Positions 56,052 to 64,000 of a stretch of DNA of 64,000 bases are shown piece after piece. Under the pieces are notes generated by a model. That model was not told the origin of the DNA, made no database searches, and saw only the letters and a list, made by a program, of their open reading frames with translations. Numbering within the stretch: position 1 is the first letter of the stretch; the number at the start of each line of letters is the position of its first letter. A program made the translations under genes and the position numbers. Origin of the DNA: Silicimonas sp. (lineage in GTDB: Bacteria; Pseudomonadota; Alphaproteobacteria; Rhodobacterales; Rhodobacteraceae); the NCBI GenBank assembly GCA_013002465.1, contig JABDJO010000067.1, positions 461-64,460 of the forward strand, read 5' to 3'.

Positions 56052-56852
56052 TTAACGCTGGAAGACCACCGGGAACCAGTCTTCGCGCAGCCGCTGTCCG
56101 GGCGTCATGCCGTGATCGGGAAAGGGTGGCGACGTGGGTCCGGGGCGTTCGACATAGCGTGCGTCGTCACCGACAAAACGGATGGAAAAGGCGCGGCGAC
56201 GCGCGGTCGATGTGTTGCCGCGTGCCCCGTGAAGGATGCCATAGTTGAAGGCCACCGCGTCACCCGGTTCCATCGACCATTCCCGGATATCCATACCTTC
56301 GGCATCGGGATCGGGGACGGGCCGATAGTCGTCTTCGTTGGGATAGAAGCTGGTTTCGGCCAGCCAGCGGGTCGGCAGAACGGGCTTGTCCCAAAGGTGG
56401 CTTCCGGCGACGCAGCGAAGGGTCGCGTCGGTCACCGGATCGACCGGGGACCAGAAGCTGACGGTCTGGGTGCCATCGACGAAATAATAGGGGCCGTCCT
56501 GATGCCAGGGCGTCGCCTTTGAGGTTCCTGGCTCTTTCACCAGCACATGGTCATGGAACATCTGGACCGTTTCGGAACGCATGAGGTCGGCGGCGACTTC
56601 GGCGGCGGGTGATTGATGAACGACGTCGGCAAACTCGGGAATGCGGGTCCAGTTGCAGTAGTCGTCGAAAAACCGCCCCGTGTCGCCTTCTTTCAGGTTT
56701 TCGGCGGCATAGGGGCCGGGATTGGACATGTTGCGTTCGATACCGGCACGCAGGGTGTCGACATGGTCTGCGAACAGACCCTTGATCAGCACAACCCCGT
56801 CGCGCTGGAAGGTTTCGATATCGGATCGGGTGACCAGGGGATGATGTGTCAT
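56052..56852 (-). CDS. PhyH-family Fe(II)/2-oxoglutarate dioxygenase
   Basis: HxD facial-triad element TPWHQDGPYY and a distal His in ILHGARGN. 266 aa. Confidence 0.85.
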   Translation of the reverse strand: MTHHPLVTRSDIETFQRDGVVLIKGLFADHVDTLRAGIERNMSNPGPYAAENLKEGDTGRFFDDYCNWTRIPEFADVVHQSPAAEVAADLMRSETVQMFHDHVLVKEPGTSKATPWHQDGPYYFVDGTQTVSFWSPVDPVTDATLRCVAGSHLWDKPVLPTRWLAETSFYPNEDDYRPVPDPDAEGMDIREWSMEPGDAVAFNYGILHGARGNTSTARRRAFSIRFVGDDARYVERPGPTSPPFPDHGMTPGQRLREDWFPVVFQR

Positions 56853-57075
56853 GTGGTTGGCAATGGGGGGTGAGGTCGTTTTGATTCAGCGCTCGTTGGC
56901 AGCATCGCGCAATGTTGAAGGCGTTGCATCAAAGGTCAACGGTTTTTTCATGCCGATCTGATCCCCTGCCGACCTTTGGGGCTGCCACAGGCACGGGTTA
57001 AAAAAGTCGGGATACACCTTGCATTTCCGACACCGCAATGAGCGAATGAGCAGCCATGTCTTGGGAGACTTCAGC

Positions 57076-58575
57076 ATGAACATCCTGATCTTGATGGTTG
57101 ACCAGTTGAACGGAACGCTGTTTCCCGACGGTCCTGCCGATTGGCTTCATGCGCCGAACCTGAAACGACTTGCCGAAAGCTCGGCACGGTTTCAGAATTG
57201 CTATACCGCCTCGCCGCTGTGCGCCCCGGGGCGGGCGAGTTTCATGTCGGGGCAACTGCCGTCTCTCACCGGTGTCTATGACAATGCCGCCGAGTTTCCG
57301 TCGGACCTTCCGACCTATGCGCATCATCTGCGGCGCGCGGGGTACTATACCTGTCTGTCGGGCAAGATGCACTTCGTCGGCCCCGACCAGATGCACGGCT
57401 TCGAAGACCGGCTGACGACTGATATCTATCCTGCGGATTTCGGGTGGACGCCGGATTATCGCAAGCCGGGCGAGCGGATCGAATGGTGGTATCACAACCT
57501 TGGATCGGTCACCGGTGCCGGGATTGCCGAAATCACGAACCAGTTGGAGTACGACGACGAGGTTACCTTCAATGCCTGCGCGAAGCTTTTCGATCTGGCG
57601 CGGGGCGGCGAGACCCGGCCCTGGTGTCTGACGGTCAGCTTTACGCATCCGCACGATCCTTATGTAGCGCGGCGCAAGTACTGGGATCTTTACGAGGACT
57701 GTCAGCACCTTTTACCGCAAGTTCCCGCCATGGAATACGAGGCGCACGATCCACACTCGAAACGGATATTCGATGCCAACGACTGGCGGAGTTTCCACAT
57801 CACCGACGATGACATTCGCCGGTCGCGGCGCGCATACTTTGCCAACATCAGCTATCTGGACGACAAGGTTGGCGAGATCCTTGATGTGTTGGAACAGACC
57901 CGGCAAGAGGCGGCGATCCTGTTCGTGTCGGACCACGGCGACATGCTGGGCGAGCGCGGGCTTTGGTTCAAGATGAGCATGTTCGAAGGGTCGGCGCGCG
58001 TGCCCTTGATGATCTCGGCGCCCGGAATGGCGCCGGGGCGCATCGACACACCTGTATCGACCATCGACGTCTGTCCGACCCTGGCCGACATGGCAGGGGT
58101 CAGTATGGACGAGGTCGCCCCGTGGACCGAGGGTCAAAGCCTGCTTGGGGTGGCCGGCGAAGGGGCCGCCCGCGGGCCTGTCGCCATCGAATACGCCGCC
58201 GAGGCGTCCTATGCGCCGGTCGTTTGTCTGCGCGATGGCCGATACAAGTACGTCCGCTGCGCCCTTGACCCCGATATGCTGTTCGACCTTTCCGCCGACC
58301 CGCAGGAACTGACCAACCTTGCCGACGATCCGGCCCATGCCGATGCGCTTGGCCGTCTGAGGTCCATGGCCGAAGCCCGATGGGATCTTGTGCGGTTCGA
58401 CGATGATGTTCGACGTTCTCAGGCCCGGCGATGGATCGTCTATGACGCCTTGCGGAACGGGGCCTATTACCCGTGGGATTACCAACCCTTGCGACGAGCG
58501 TCGGAACGGTTCATGCGCAACCACATGGATTTGAACGACCTGGAAGAAAACCAGAGGTTCCCGCGCGGCGAATAA
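57076..58575 (+). CDS. betC: choline-sulfatase
   Basis: Near-collinear with my recollection of Sinorhizobium BetC: NILILMVDQLNGTLFPDGPADWLHAPNLK, SPLCAPGRASFMSGQLPS (CxPxR), TDIYPADFGWTPDYRKPGERIEWWYHNLGSV, and the C-terminal RNHMDLNDLEENQRFPRGE. ATG at 57076 with RBS GGGAG. Confidence 0.9.
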   Translation: MNILILMVDQLNGTLFPDGPADWLHAPNLKRLAESSARFQNCYTASPLCAPGRASFMSGQLPSLTGVYDNAAEFPSDLPTYAHHLRRAGYYTCLSGKMHFVGPDQMHGFEDRLTTDIYPADFGWTPDYRKPGERIEWWYHNLGSVTGAGIAEITNQLEYDDEVTFNACAKLFDLARGGETRPWCLTVSFTHPHDPYVARRKYWDLYEDCQHLLPQVPAMEYEAHDPHSKRIFDANDWRSFHITDDDIRRSRRAYFANISYLDDKVGEILDVLEQTRQEAAILFVSDHGDMLGERGLWFKMSMFEGSARVPLMISAPGMAPGRIDTPVSTIDVCPTLADMAGVSMDEVAPWTEGQSLLGVAGEGAARGPVAIEYAAEASYAPVVCLRDGRYKYVRCALDPDMLFDLSADPQELTNLADDPAHADALGRLRSMAEARWDLVRFDDDVRRSQARRWIVYDALRNGAYYPWDYQPLRRASERFMRNHMDLNDLEENQRFPRGE

Positions 58576-58589
58576 GCAGGTCGGCGCGT

Positions 58590-59879
58590 TCAACTTTCGC
58601 GGAATGAACGCCCGAAATAGTCCGTCAGGGGTTTGGTCAGATACGACATCGGCGTGCGGTCGCGGGTTCTGAGGTATGCTTCGACCGGCATGCCCGGCAA
58701 GAGTTTCTGCGTTTCGATTTTCGGAAGTTCCCCTTTCAGCGGGATCAGTTCGACGCGATAGTAATTCAGACCCGTGACATCGTCCTGAAATACATCGGCC
58801 GATATGGCCGTGACCTGCCCCGTCACCTCGGGCGTCAAACGCTGGTTGAACGCCGTAAAACGCAAGGTTGCGGCCTGGCCGACATGGACCTGATCGACAT
58901 GGATGGCTTCGATGCGGGCCGCGACGATCAAAGGCTGATCCTGCGGCACCAGGTACATCAAGGGTTCGGCGGGCTGGACGACGGCCTTTTCCGCAAAGAT
59001 GGCCGATCCATAGACGATGCCGGATACCGGCGCGCGCAAATCAAGGCGCGACAGGCGTTCGACAAGGCTGAGGCGCCGTTCCGAGAGTTCAAGCTCGCGA
59101 TACTGGATATCCCGAAGTTCGGAGATTGCCGTTTCCTGACGGGCATTCGCAAGTTTCAGTTTTTCAATCTCGAAGGCTGCGATTTGGCCACGGAACTGGG
59201 CAACGTCCGACCGGAGTTTGCCAATCTCGCCCGCGATACGGGCCGCTTCGCGCCGCAGCGTTGACACCCGCGAAGCCTGCACCAGCCCTTTTTGCAACAG
59301 GGATTCCTGGTCTTTCAGTTCCTCCAGCACCAGGTCTTCCTGGATCCGAAGGGCGTTCAACTGGGCTTTTGTGCCTTCGGTCTGATTGCCCGTCTGTGCG
59401 ATGCGTTCGTTGATCTGGCTGATCTCGCGGGCGTGGGTTTCGCGGCGGGCGTGAAACAGTTTGCGCTGCCCTTCGATCTGCTCAAGCCCGGCATCACCGC
59501 CAATGGGATCATTGGGGAAGCTGACCTTGTCGGCCCCGTCCCGTTCGGCTTCAAGTCGGGCGCGGCGGGCGCGCAGTTCGGTCAGTTGATGTTCGGCGAT
59601 GGCCAGCTCGGATTTCAAAAGCGTATCGTCGAGACGCAGCAGAAGATCACCGGCTTTCACCAGATCGCCATCACGCGCGTTGATTTCGCCGACAACACCG
59701 CCTTCGGCGTGCTGCACGACCTGCCGGTTGTTTTCGACCACGATCATGCCGGTTGCGATGATCGCCCCGGCGATTTGCGTTCGCACGCTCCAGACCCCGA
59801 TGCCGCCGACCAAAAGAACAAGGGCCGTTATTCCGACGATCAGGGGAAGGCGCGCGCTGTAGGTCGGGCGTTCAGTCAT
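58590..59879 (-). CDS. HlyD-family type I secretion membrane-fusion protein
   Basis: One N-terminal TM (LPLIVGITALVLLVGGIGVW), long coiled-coil segments, and a C-terminal beta domain ending LTKPLTDYFGRSFRE. ATG at 59879, one nt after the ABC stop. Confidence 0.9.
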   Translation of the reverse strand: MTERPTYSARLPLIVGITALVLLVGGIGVWSVRTQIAGAIIATGMIVVENNRQVVQHAEGGVVGEINARDGDLVKAGDLLLRLDDTLLKSELAIAEHQLTELRARRARLEAERDGADKVSFPNDPIGGDAGLEQIEGQRKLFHARRETHAREISQINERIAQTGNQTEGTKAQLNALRIQEDLVLEELKDQESLLQKGLVQASRVSTLRREAARIAGEIGKLRSDVAQFRGQIAAFEIEKLKLANARQETAISELRDIQYRELELSERRLSLVERLSRLDLRAPVSGIVYGSAIFAEKAVVQPAEPLMYLVPQDQPLIVAARIEAIHVDQVHVGQAATLRFTAFNQRLTPEVTGQVTAISADVFQDDVTGLNYYRVELIPLKGELPKIETQKLLPGMPVEAYLRTRDRTPMSYLTKPLTDYFGRSFRES

Positions 59880-59880
59880 T

Positions 59881-61584
59881 TCATGACACCTCGACCACGC
59901 GCCGCACATCGTCGGCGTTTCGCATCATCGACTTGATGATTTCGTCGCGCGGCCCCTGGGCCTTGATCCGCCCGCCATCGACCACCAGAAGCCGGTCGCA
60001 TTCGGATATGGCCACGGGCCGGTGCGTCATGATCACGACCGAACGGCCTTCGGATTTCATGGTTCGAATGGCGGCGTTCAGTGCTTCGCTTCCTTCTTGA
60101 TCGAGCGCCGAATTCGGTTCGTCCAGCACCAGAAGGACCGGTTCCCCGTAAAGCGCACGGGAAAGCGCGATCCGTTGCCGCTGCCCCCCGGAAAGGCCGA
60201 TCTGATTGTCCTCGATCCGCGTTTCGTAGGCGTCGGGAAGCGACAGGATCAGGTCGTGGGCCTTGGCCTTTTTGGCGGCTTCGACGACCATTTCACTATC
60301 GGGCGACAACGACATGCGGGCAATGTTTTCCGCGATGGTGCCCGAAATCAGCATCGGGTCCTGGGGCAGATATCCGATGTGGGCGCCAAGATCATTCGGG
60401 GCATAGTGATCGACCAGGGCACCGTCCAGGCGCACCTCGCCAACGTTCGGTGTCACGAGGCCCAGTATGGTTTTGGCGATGGTGGTCTTGCCGGACCCGC
60501 TTCGCCCGATGACGCCAAGAACCTCACCCGATGCCAGCGAGAACGAGATATTATAAAGGATCGGCGGCGTTCCGGGTTTCGAGGTCACGGTGACGCCGGT
60601 AACCTCAAGGCGTCCTTCAGGGCGCGGGAGCCTTGTTCGCGCGGGTCGCTCGGGGGATTGGGCAAGCGTTTTGGTCAGCGATGTCCAGCCCTGCCGGGCC
60701 CGTGCGATCTGCGGCCAGCGTCCGATGATCTGTTCAATCGGGGCAAGAGCACGGCCCAACAGGATCGACCCGGCAATCATCGCACCCGCCGTCAGTTCAC
60801 CCTTCAGAACCAGCCAGGCCCCGAGCGCCAGAACAAGGGATTGCAAAGACAGACGGAACGACTTGGTAAAAGTTGAAAATGCCCCGGTCCAATCCACCGC
60901 CGTCATGTTCTTGCCCAGGGCTTCGAAGCGGTGATCCAGCCAACGTTCGGTGACCGGTTCCAGCATTCCTTGCGAGCGAACCAGTTCGGCCGCACGCCGG
61001 GTGTTGTCGGCAAACCGGTGCGCGGCGTCCGCCGCAAGTTGTGCATCCTTCACGCGCCTGGAGGTCAGCATCTGGTTGAGGATGGTGACCAGGATCAGAA
61101 CAATGCCACCCGACAAGGCAAACCATCCAAGCCAGGGGTGGAACACGAAAATCACCGCGATGAAGATGGGGGTGAATGGGGCGTCCATCAGGGCGATCAG
61201 GGCGGGCGAACCGAAGGCCCCCTGCACCGCTTCCAGATCACGGCTGGCCGACAATTTCTCGGGCGTGGTGTCCGAGTTGGCGAACTGGATCTGGAAAACC
61301 TGCCGGTCAAGTTTCGACTGCAACCGTGCACCATAACGAGCCAAGAGCCGCGTGCGTGCGAAATCAAGAAGCCACATCAACCCGTAAAGCGCCAGGACAA
61401 GCACCAGCAACGCCACCAGGGTTTCTTCCGATCGGGACCCCAGAACACGGTCATAAACCTGCAGCATGAACAAGGGCCCGGTCAGCATCAAAAGGTTGAC
61501 GAAGACACTGAAGAACAACGCAAAAAGGATGAAATACCGCGAATCGCGGGCGGCCTCGGAAAGCGTCGTCGTGGTCTTTGGCAT
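59881..61584 (-). CDS. type I secretion system permease/ATPase (PrtD/AprD type, no C39 domain)
   Basis: 567 aa. N-terminal six-helix TMD (LTGPLFMLQVYDRVLGSRS), then GRSGSGKTT, LSGGQRQRIALSRAL, LVLDEPNSALD. Confidence 0.9.
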   Translation of the reverse strand: MPKTTTTLSEAARDSRYFILFALFFSVFVNLLMLTGPLFMLQVYDRVLGSRSEETLVALLVLVLALYGLMWLLDFARTRLLARYGARLQSKLDRQVFQIQFANSDTTPEKLSASRDLEAVQGAFGSPALIALMDAPFTPIFIAVIFVFHPWLGWFALSGGIVLILVTILNQMLTSRRVKDAQLAADAAHRFADNTRRAAELVRSQGMLEPVTERWLDHRFEALGKNMTAVDWTGAFSTFTKSFRLSLQSLVLALGAWLVLKGELTAGAMIAGSILLGRALAPIEQIIGRWPQIARARQGWTSLTKTLAQSPERPARTRLPRPEGRLEVTGVTVTSKPGTPPILYNISFSLASGEVLGVIGRSGSGKTTIAKTILGLVTPNVGEVRLDGALVDHYAPNDLGAHIGYLPQDPMLISGTIAENIARMSLSPDSEMVVEAAKKAKAHDLILSLPDAYETRIEDNQIGLSGGQRQRIALSRALYGEPVLLVLDEPNSALDQEGSEALNAAIRTMKSEGRSVVIMTHRPVAISECDRLLVVDGGRIKAQGPRDEIIKSMMRNADDVRRVVEVS

Positions 61585-61612
61585 CGGCTTTCACTTTGCA
61601 GAAAATCCAGCG

Positions 61613-61636
61613 AGCCCAGCTATCCACCGCTGGGCT
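61613..61636 (-). promoter_or_regulatory. 8-bp perfect hairpin in the T1SS leader region
   Basis: AGCCCAGC-8 nt-GCTGGGCT, 29-52 nt upstream of the ABC start codon and downstream of the AT-rich block at 61676-61725. Confidence 0.35.
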
Positions 61637-61675
61637 GGCAGGTGGGACGGAACGGCCAGGGCTGTGCTTGGCCCG

Positions 61676-61725
61676 GAAAATTTAAACTTGATCAATAGCT
61701 TGCAAATTTGTGTTAATTTTTTCCT
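61676..61725 (-). promoter_or_regulatory. AT-rich island with TTGCAA -35-like hexamer (putative T1SS promoter)
   Basis: gaaaatttaaacttgatcaatagcttgcaaatttgtgttaattttttcc is about 75% AT in a roughly 60% GC genome. On the minus strand, TTGCAA is followed 15-17 nt later by TAAATT/AATTTT. Confidence 0.35.
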
Positions 61726-61792
61726 TACCTAGAACGGGCCAGGTCGAGTTTTCGCAAGTGTTGAGGGGGGTGTTTAGGCGATCATGGCGCGA

Positions 61793-63484
61793 TCAAACCG
61801 GTTTGGACTCGAGCGTGCCGATGATTTCGCCCAAGTGTTCAGGGTCGATTGCCCTGAGACGCGCGCCGGTTTCCGCGTCCTTGCCAAAAGCGTCCAATGG
61901 TATGTGGTCGGGCAGGTTGTCGACATCGACGGTGATCGCACCGTCCCGGGATCGGGCGAACACGATCTCGGTTCCCGGCACCAGAAAGTCGACGCCGTTC
62001 AGTTCACGGCAGGCGCGTCTGGCGATGGCCATGGCGTCTTTTGTTCCAAGGCTTTTTTCCAGAACTTCGCCCGGGGACTTCGCGTCGACATTCACATGGC
62101 GGAAACGCTCGATGTCGCAAAATCGGTCGATGTCGGTCACGACCAGATGTCCATTTCTCCCTGCCGCCACAGTCCGCAAAGGGCTGCCCTGTGGGATCGA
62201 ATTGTCGAGGAATTCGTAGTGGACCCACCGATCCTTGGCATTGGCCCAGGAAAAGAACAGATCGGGCATGCCCGAATAGGCCTCGATATTGTGGTAAAGC
62301 AGGTCATCGACTGCCTTGTATCGCCCGGTTTCCAGCCCGCGCAGCCAGGCCCTTTCGACTGTCGCTTCGGGCGGGGTGATCAGGAAGAACATGTAAATCT
62401 TGGCGCCGAAACGGGTCAGCAGACGGGAATCCGATGCCCGTTTTTCGGCCAGATGAAAGCTGTCGAACCGAAACCGGTCGATCAGAAGGTTGGGGATTGC
62501 CGCTTTTGCGCCAAGGTCGGCCATGAAGGCATCGAGTTTCCTGTCGATGATCTCAAGCTCTTGCCCGGTCAGCATGGCGGCATACTTGAAATCGTCGCCA
62601 AGCCCGTTGTAGTCGATCAGGGATTTGCGCCAATAATCCGGGCTGATGATCGCAAAGCTGGACCATTCCAGCCCGAGGCGGTCGGCGATCTGACGTTGCG
62701 CGCCGCGGATCGTGCTTTTGCCCGAAGCCGACGCGCCCTTGGCATTCAATACAACCGGGTGCGACTGGGGTGGCAGGGGATTATAGCCCTGGCGTTTCAC
62801 CGTTTCGTCGAGCAGAGGATCGACCAGGGCCGCGACGCAGGCATCCCCTTTCGAATTGCTGACAAGGTTGACCGCGACAGTCGATACCCAGGGAATATCT
62901 GCCGGGCGCAGGCCGCCGCGTTGCGACAGGACACCGTTGCAGACGCGCACGACGGACTTCAGGCAGGCGGCGTGCAGGCTGTCGGTTTCTGCCGCGTCGG
63001 CCTCAAGCTTGGCCAGTCTTTTCGTGACCGTGGCATCGGCATCGAAGGGTTTGGGCGGCGCGGCCTTCTGACCGAAGAGGCGTGCGATGATCCCCTGTTT
63101 TTCGATCGCCTTTTCTTCGGCCCGGAACAGCGACTGCAAGGCATCCTCGACAATTACCGCAGCGTCCTTTCGCAGGCCTGTGAAGGCGGCTTCGATTTCG
63201 GGCAGCTTGGGGGACACCCCGCGTTCGAAGATTGTCGAAGCCATGGCCCGAAGGTTCAGGCCCAGATCGGCGTACCTGGGGCCATCGGGGACATGAAGCT
63301 GGGCCGTGACTCGGATAAGGCAACGGTGCAGGGCCAAGCGGTGCGGCTTGAACGTTGCCAGCACCTCGGGGCGAAGGCCGGTCAGACGTGACAGTTGTTC
63401 GGCTTCGTCCCAGGTGACGCTGGCGTTGGCGGGTGAAAACAGCGTGGCTTTCGGCATCAGGCGTGCCGGGATCGTCGATTGCAA
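61793..63484 (-). CDS. zeta-toxin-like P-loop kinase-domain protein with long unknown N- and C-terminal regions (563 aa)
   Basis: Central Walker A VVLNAKGASASGKST and Walker-B-like PNLLIDRFRFD, with the overall look of the Zeta_toxin/AAA_33 fold. About 245 aa N-terminal and about 120 aa C-terminal are unassigned. The start is ambiguous: TTG 63484 or ATG 63457. Confidence 0.65.
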   Translation of the reverse strand: MQSTIPARLMPKATLFSPANASVTWDEAEQLSRLTGLRPEVLATFKPHRLALHRCLIRVTAQLHVPDGPRYADLGLNLRAMASTIFERGVSPKLPEIEAAFTGLRKDAAVIVEDALQSLFRAEEKAIEKQGIIARLFGQKAAPPKPFDADATVTKRLAKLEADAAETDSLHAACLKSVVRVCNGVLSQRGGLRPADIPWVSTVAVNLVSNSKGDACVAALVDPLLDETVKRQGYNPLPPQSHPVVLNAKGASASGKSTIRGAQRQIADRLGLEWSSFAIISPDYWRKSLIDYNGLGDDFKYAAMLTGQELEIIDRKLDAFMADLGAKAAIPNLLIDRFRFDSFHLAEKRASDSRLLTRFGAKIYMFFLITPPEATVERAWLRGLETGRYKAVDDLLYHNIEAYSGMPDLFFSWANAKDRWVHYEFLDNSIPQGSPLRTVAAGRNGHLVVTDIDRFCDIERFRHVNVDAKSPGEVLEKSLGTKDAMAIARRACRELNGVDFLVPGTEIVFARSRDGAITVDVDNLPDHIPLDAFGKDAETGARLRAIDPEHLGEIIGTLESKPV

Positions 63485-63538
63485 GCCCGGCGACCAGGGG
63501 CCGAATTCCGTGGTTTCTGTTTCGCTCTCCGAGATCGT

Positions 63539-64000
63539 CTAGCCCCCAGTCTCGGCGGCCTTGCGGCGTTGCAGGTACTTGCTGATCAGGGGATAGCTGA
63601 TCAGCGCCAGCGCGATCAGGATGCAAGTCAATGAAATGGGACGTTCAAGGAACGTCATTGCATCGCCCCGGCTGGAGATCAGCGACTGGCGCAGGGATCG
63701 TTCGGCCAATGGCCCCAGAACGATGGCCAGAACGGCAGGGGCGACAGGATAGTTCAACTTGCGCATCAGATAGCCGACGATGCCGATAATCAGCATGATC
63801 CAGGTATCGAACATCCGATCGGTCGTTGCAAAGACACCCAAAACGCAAAGCACGAAGATGATCGGGGTAAGGATGGTGAACGGCATGGCCAGCACGCGGA
63901 TGAAGACCGGGATCAAGGCGAGGTTCAGGATCAGCGTTACCGCATTGGCCACATAGAGCGATCCGATCAGGCCCCAGACAAAGTCCGGGCTTTCCGCGAA
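63539..64000 (-). CDS. tctA: tripartite tricarboxylate transporter permease TctA (C-terminal part; 5' end outside window)
   Basis: The frame stays open to the window edge: FAESPDFVWGLIGSLYVANAVTLILNLALIPVFIRVL...LGPLAERSLRQSL is typical of the TctA C-terminus. Confidence 0.85.
   Translation of the reverse strand, partial: FAESPDFVWGLIGSLYVANAVTLILNLALIPVFIRVLAMPFTILTPIIFVLCVLGVFATTDRMFDTWIMLIIGIVGYLMRKLNYPVAPAVLAIVLGPLAERSLRQSLISSRGDAMTFLERPISLTCILIALALISYPLISKYLQRRKAAETGG

Noticed and set aside
61793-63484. Classical epsilon/zeta (PezAT-type) toxin-antitoxin module
   Set aside because: The protein is about twice the size of zeta/PezT toxins. No small upstream antitoxin ORF exists: there is a 54-bp gap to tctA and a 208-bp leader downstream with no ORF. 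I therefore treat it as a multidomain P-loop protein of unknown role, not as a TA pair.
12751-63500. Genomic island integrated at the tRNA(CAU) gene
   Set aside because: I found no integrase, recombinase, transposase, phage or conjugation gene, and no repeat of the tRNA 3' end in the intergenic regions I read. GC content and codon style look native throughout. An exact-repeat search and a synteny comparison would be needed to revive the idea.
1-64000. CRISPR arrays, IS elements, rRNA genes, prophage or known defence-system genes
   Set aside because: I saw none. Every ORF above about 100 aa that is not a shadow ORF has a metabolic, transport or regulatory assignment, or is one of the three unknowns listed. 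I spotted no regularly spaced repeats apart from the short operator-like motifs reported. A computational repeat search would be more sensitive than my reading.

Overview
High-GC (roughly 60%) alphaproteobacterial chromosome segment, probably a marine Rhodobacteraceae-type organism judging by gene content. It is almost fully coding: about 58 CDS and one tRNA. I saw no rRNA, CRISPR array, IS element, integrase or phage genes. The left 12.6 kb looks like housekeeping: a partial DctB-type sensor kinase, era, the TesA/YbbA/YbbP trio, an amino-acid ABC transporter, PxpB/PxpC and an SDR. After tRNA-Met(CAU) at 12674-12750 the window becomes a patchwork of regulator-controlled catabolic and transport modules. 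(1) A LacI-controlled organosulfonate-type operon: HisD/HpsN-like dehydrogenase, Zn-ADH and split sulfopyruvate decarboxylase ComDE. (2) An IclR-controlled operon of bicupin, small protein, Rieske oxygenase, SDR and pentapeptide-repeat protein. (3) A tightly coupled operon of flavin monooxygenase, DctPQM TRAP transporter, cytoplasmic sulfatase and a second flavin monooxygenase. (4) A meta-cleavage-type operon (hydrolase, extradiol dioxygenase, SDR, ThDP enzyme, ALDH) that shares a 25-bp operator architecture with module 3. (5) A second TRAP system, then a GMC oxidoreductase with a TerC-like protein. (6) An RpiR-controlled TAXI-TRAP system facing a BKACE plus aminotransferase pair. (7) An Fe3+/PotD-type ABC transporter next to a PhyH dioxygenase. 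(8) A stand-alone choline sulfatase. (9) A type I secretion ABC/MFP pair directly downstream of a 563-aa zeta-toxin-like P-loop protein. (10) A partial TctA. I see no canonical defence or mobile system. The best candidates for something undescribed are the sulfatase-in-TRAP aromatic module with its shared operator, and the zeta-like protein linked to an orphan T1SS. All family assignments come from recognising motifs by eye in the supplied translations. No database search was run, so novelty cannot be asserted.
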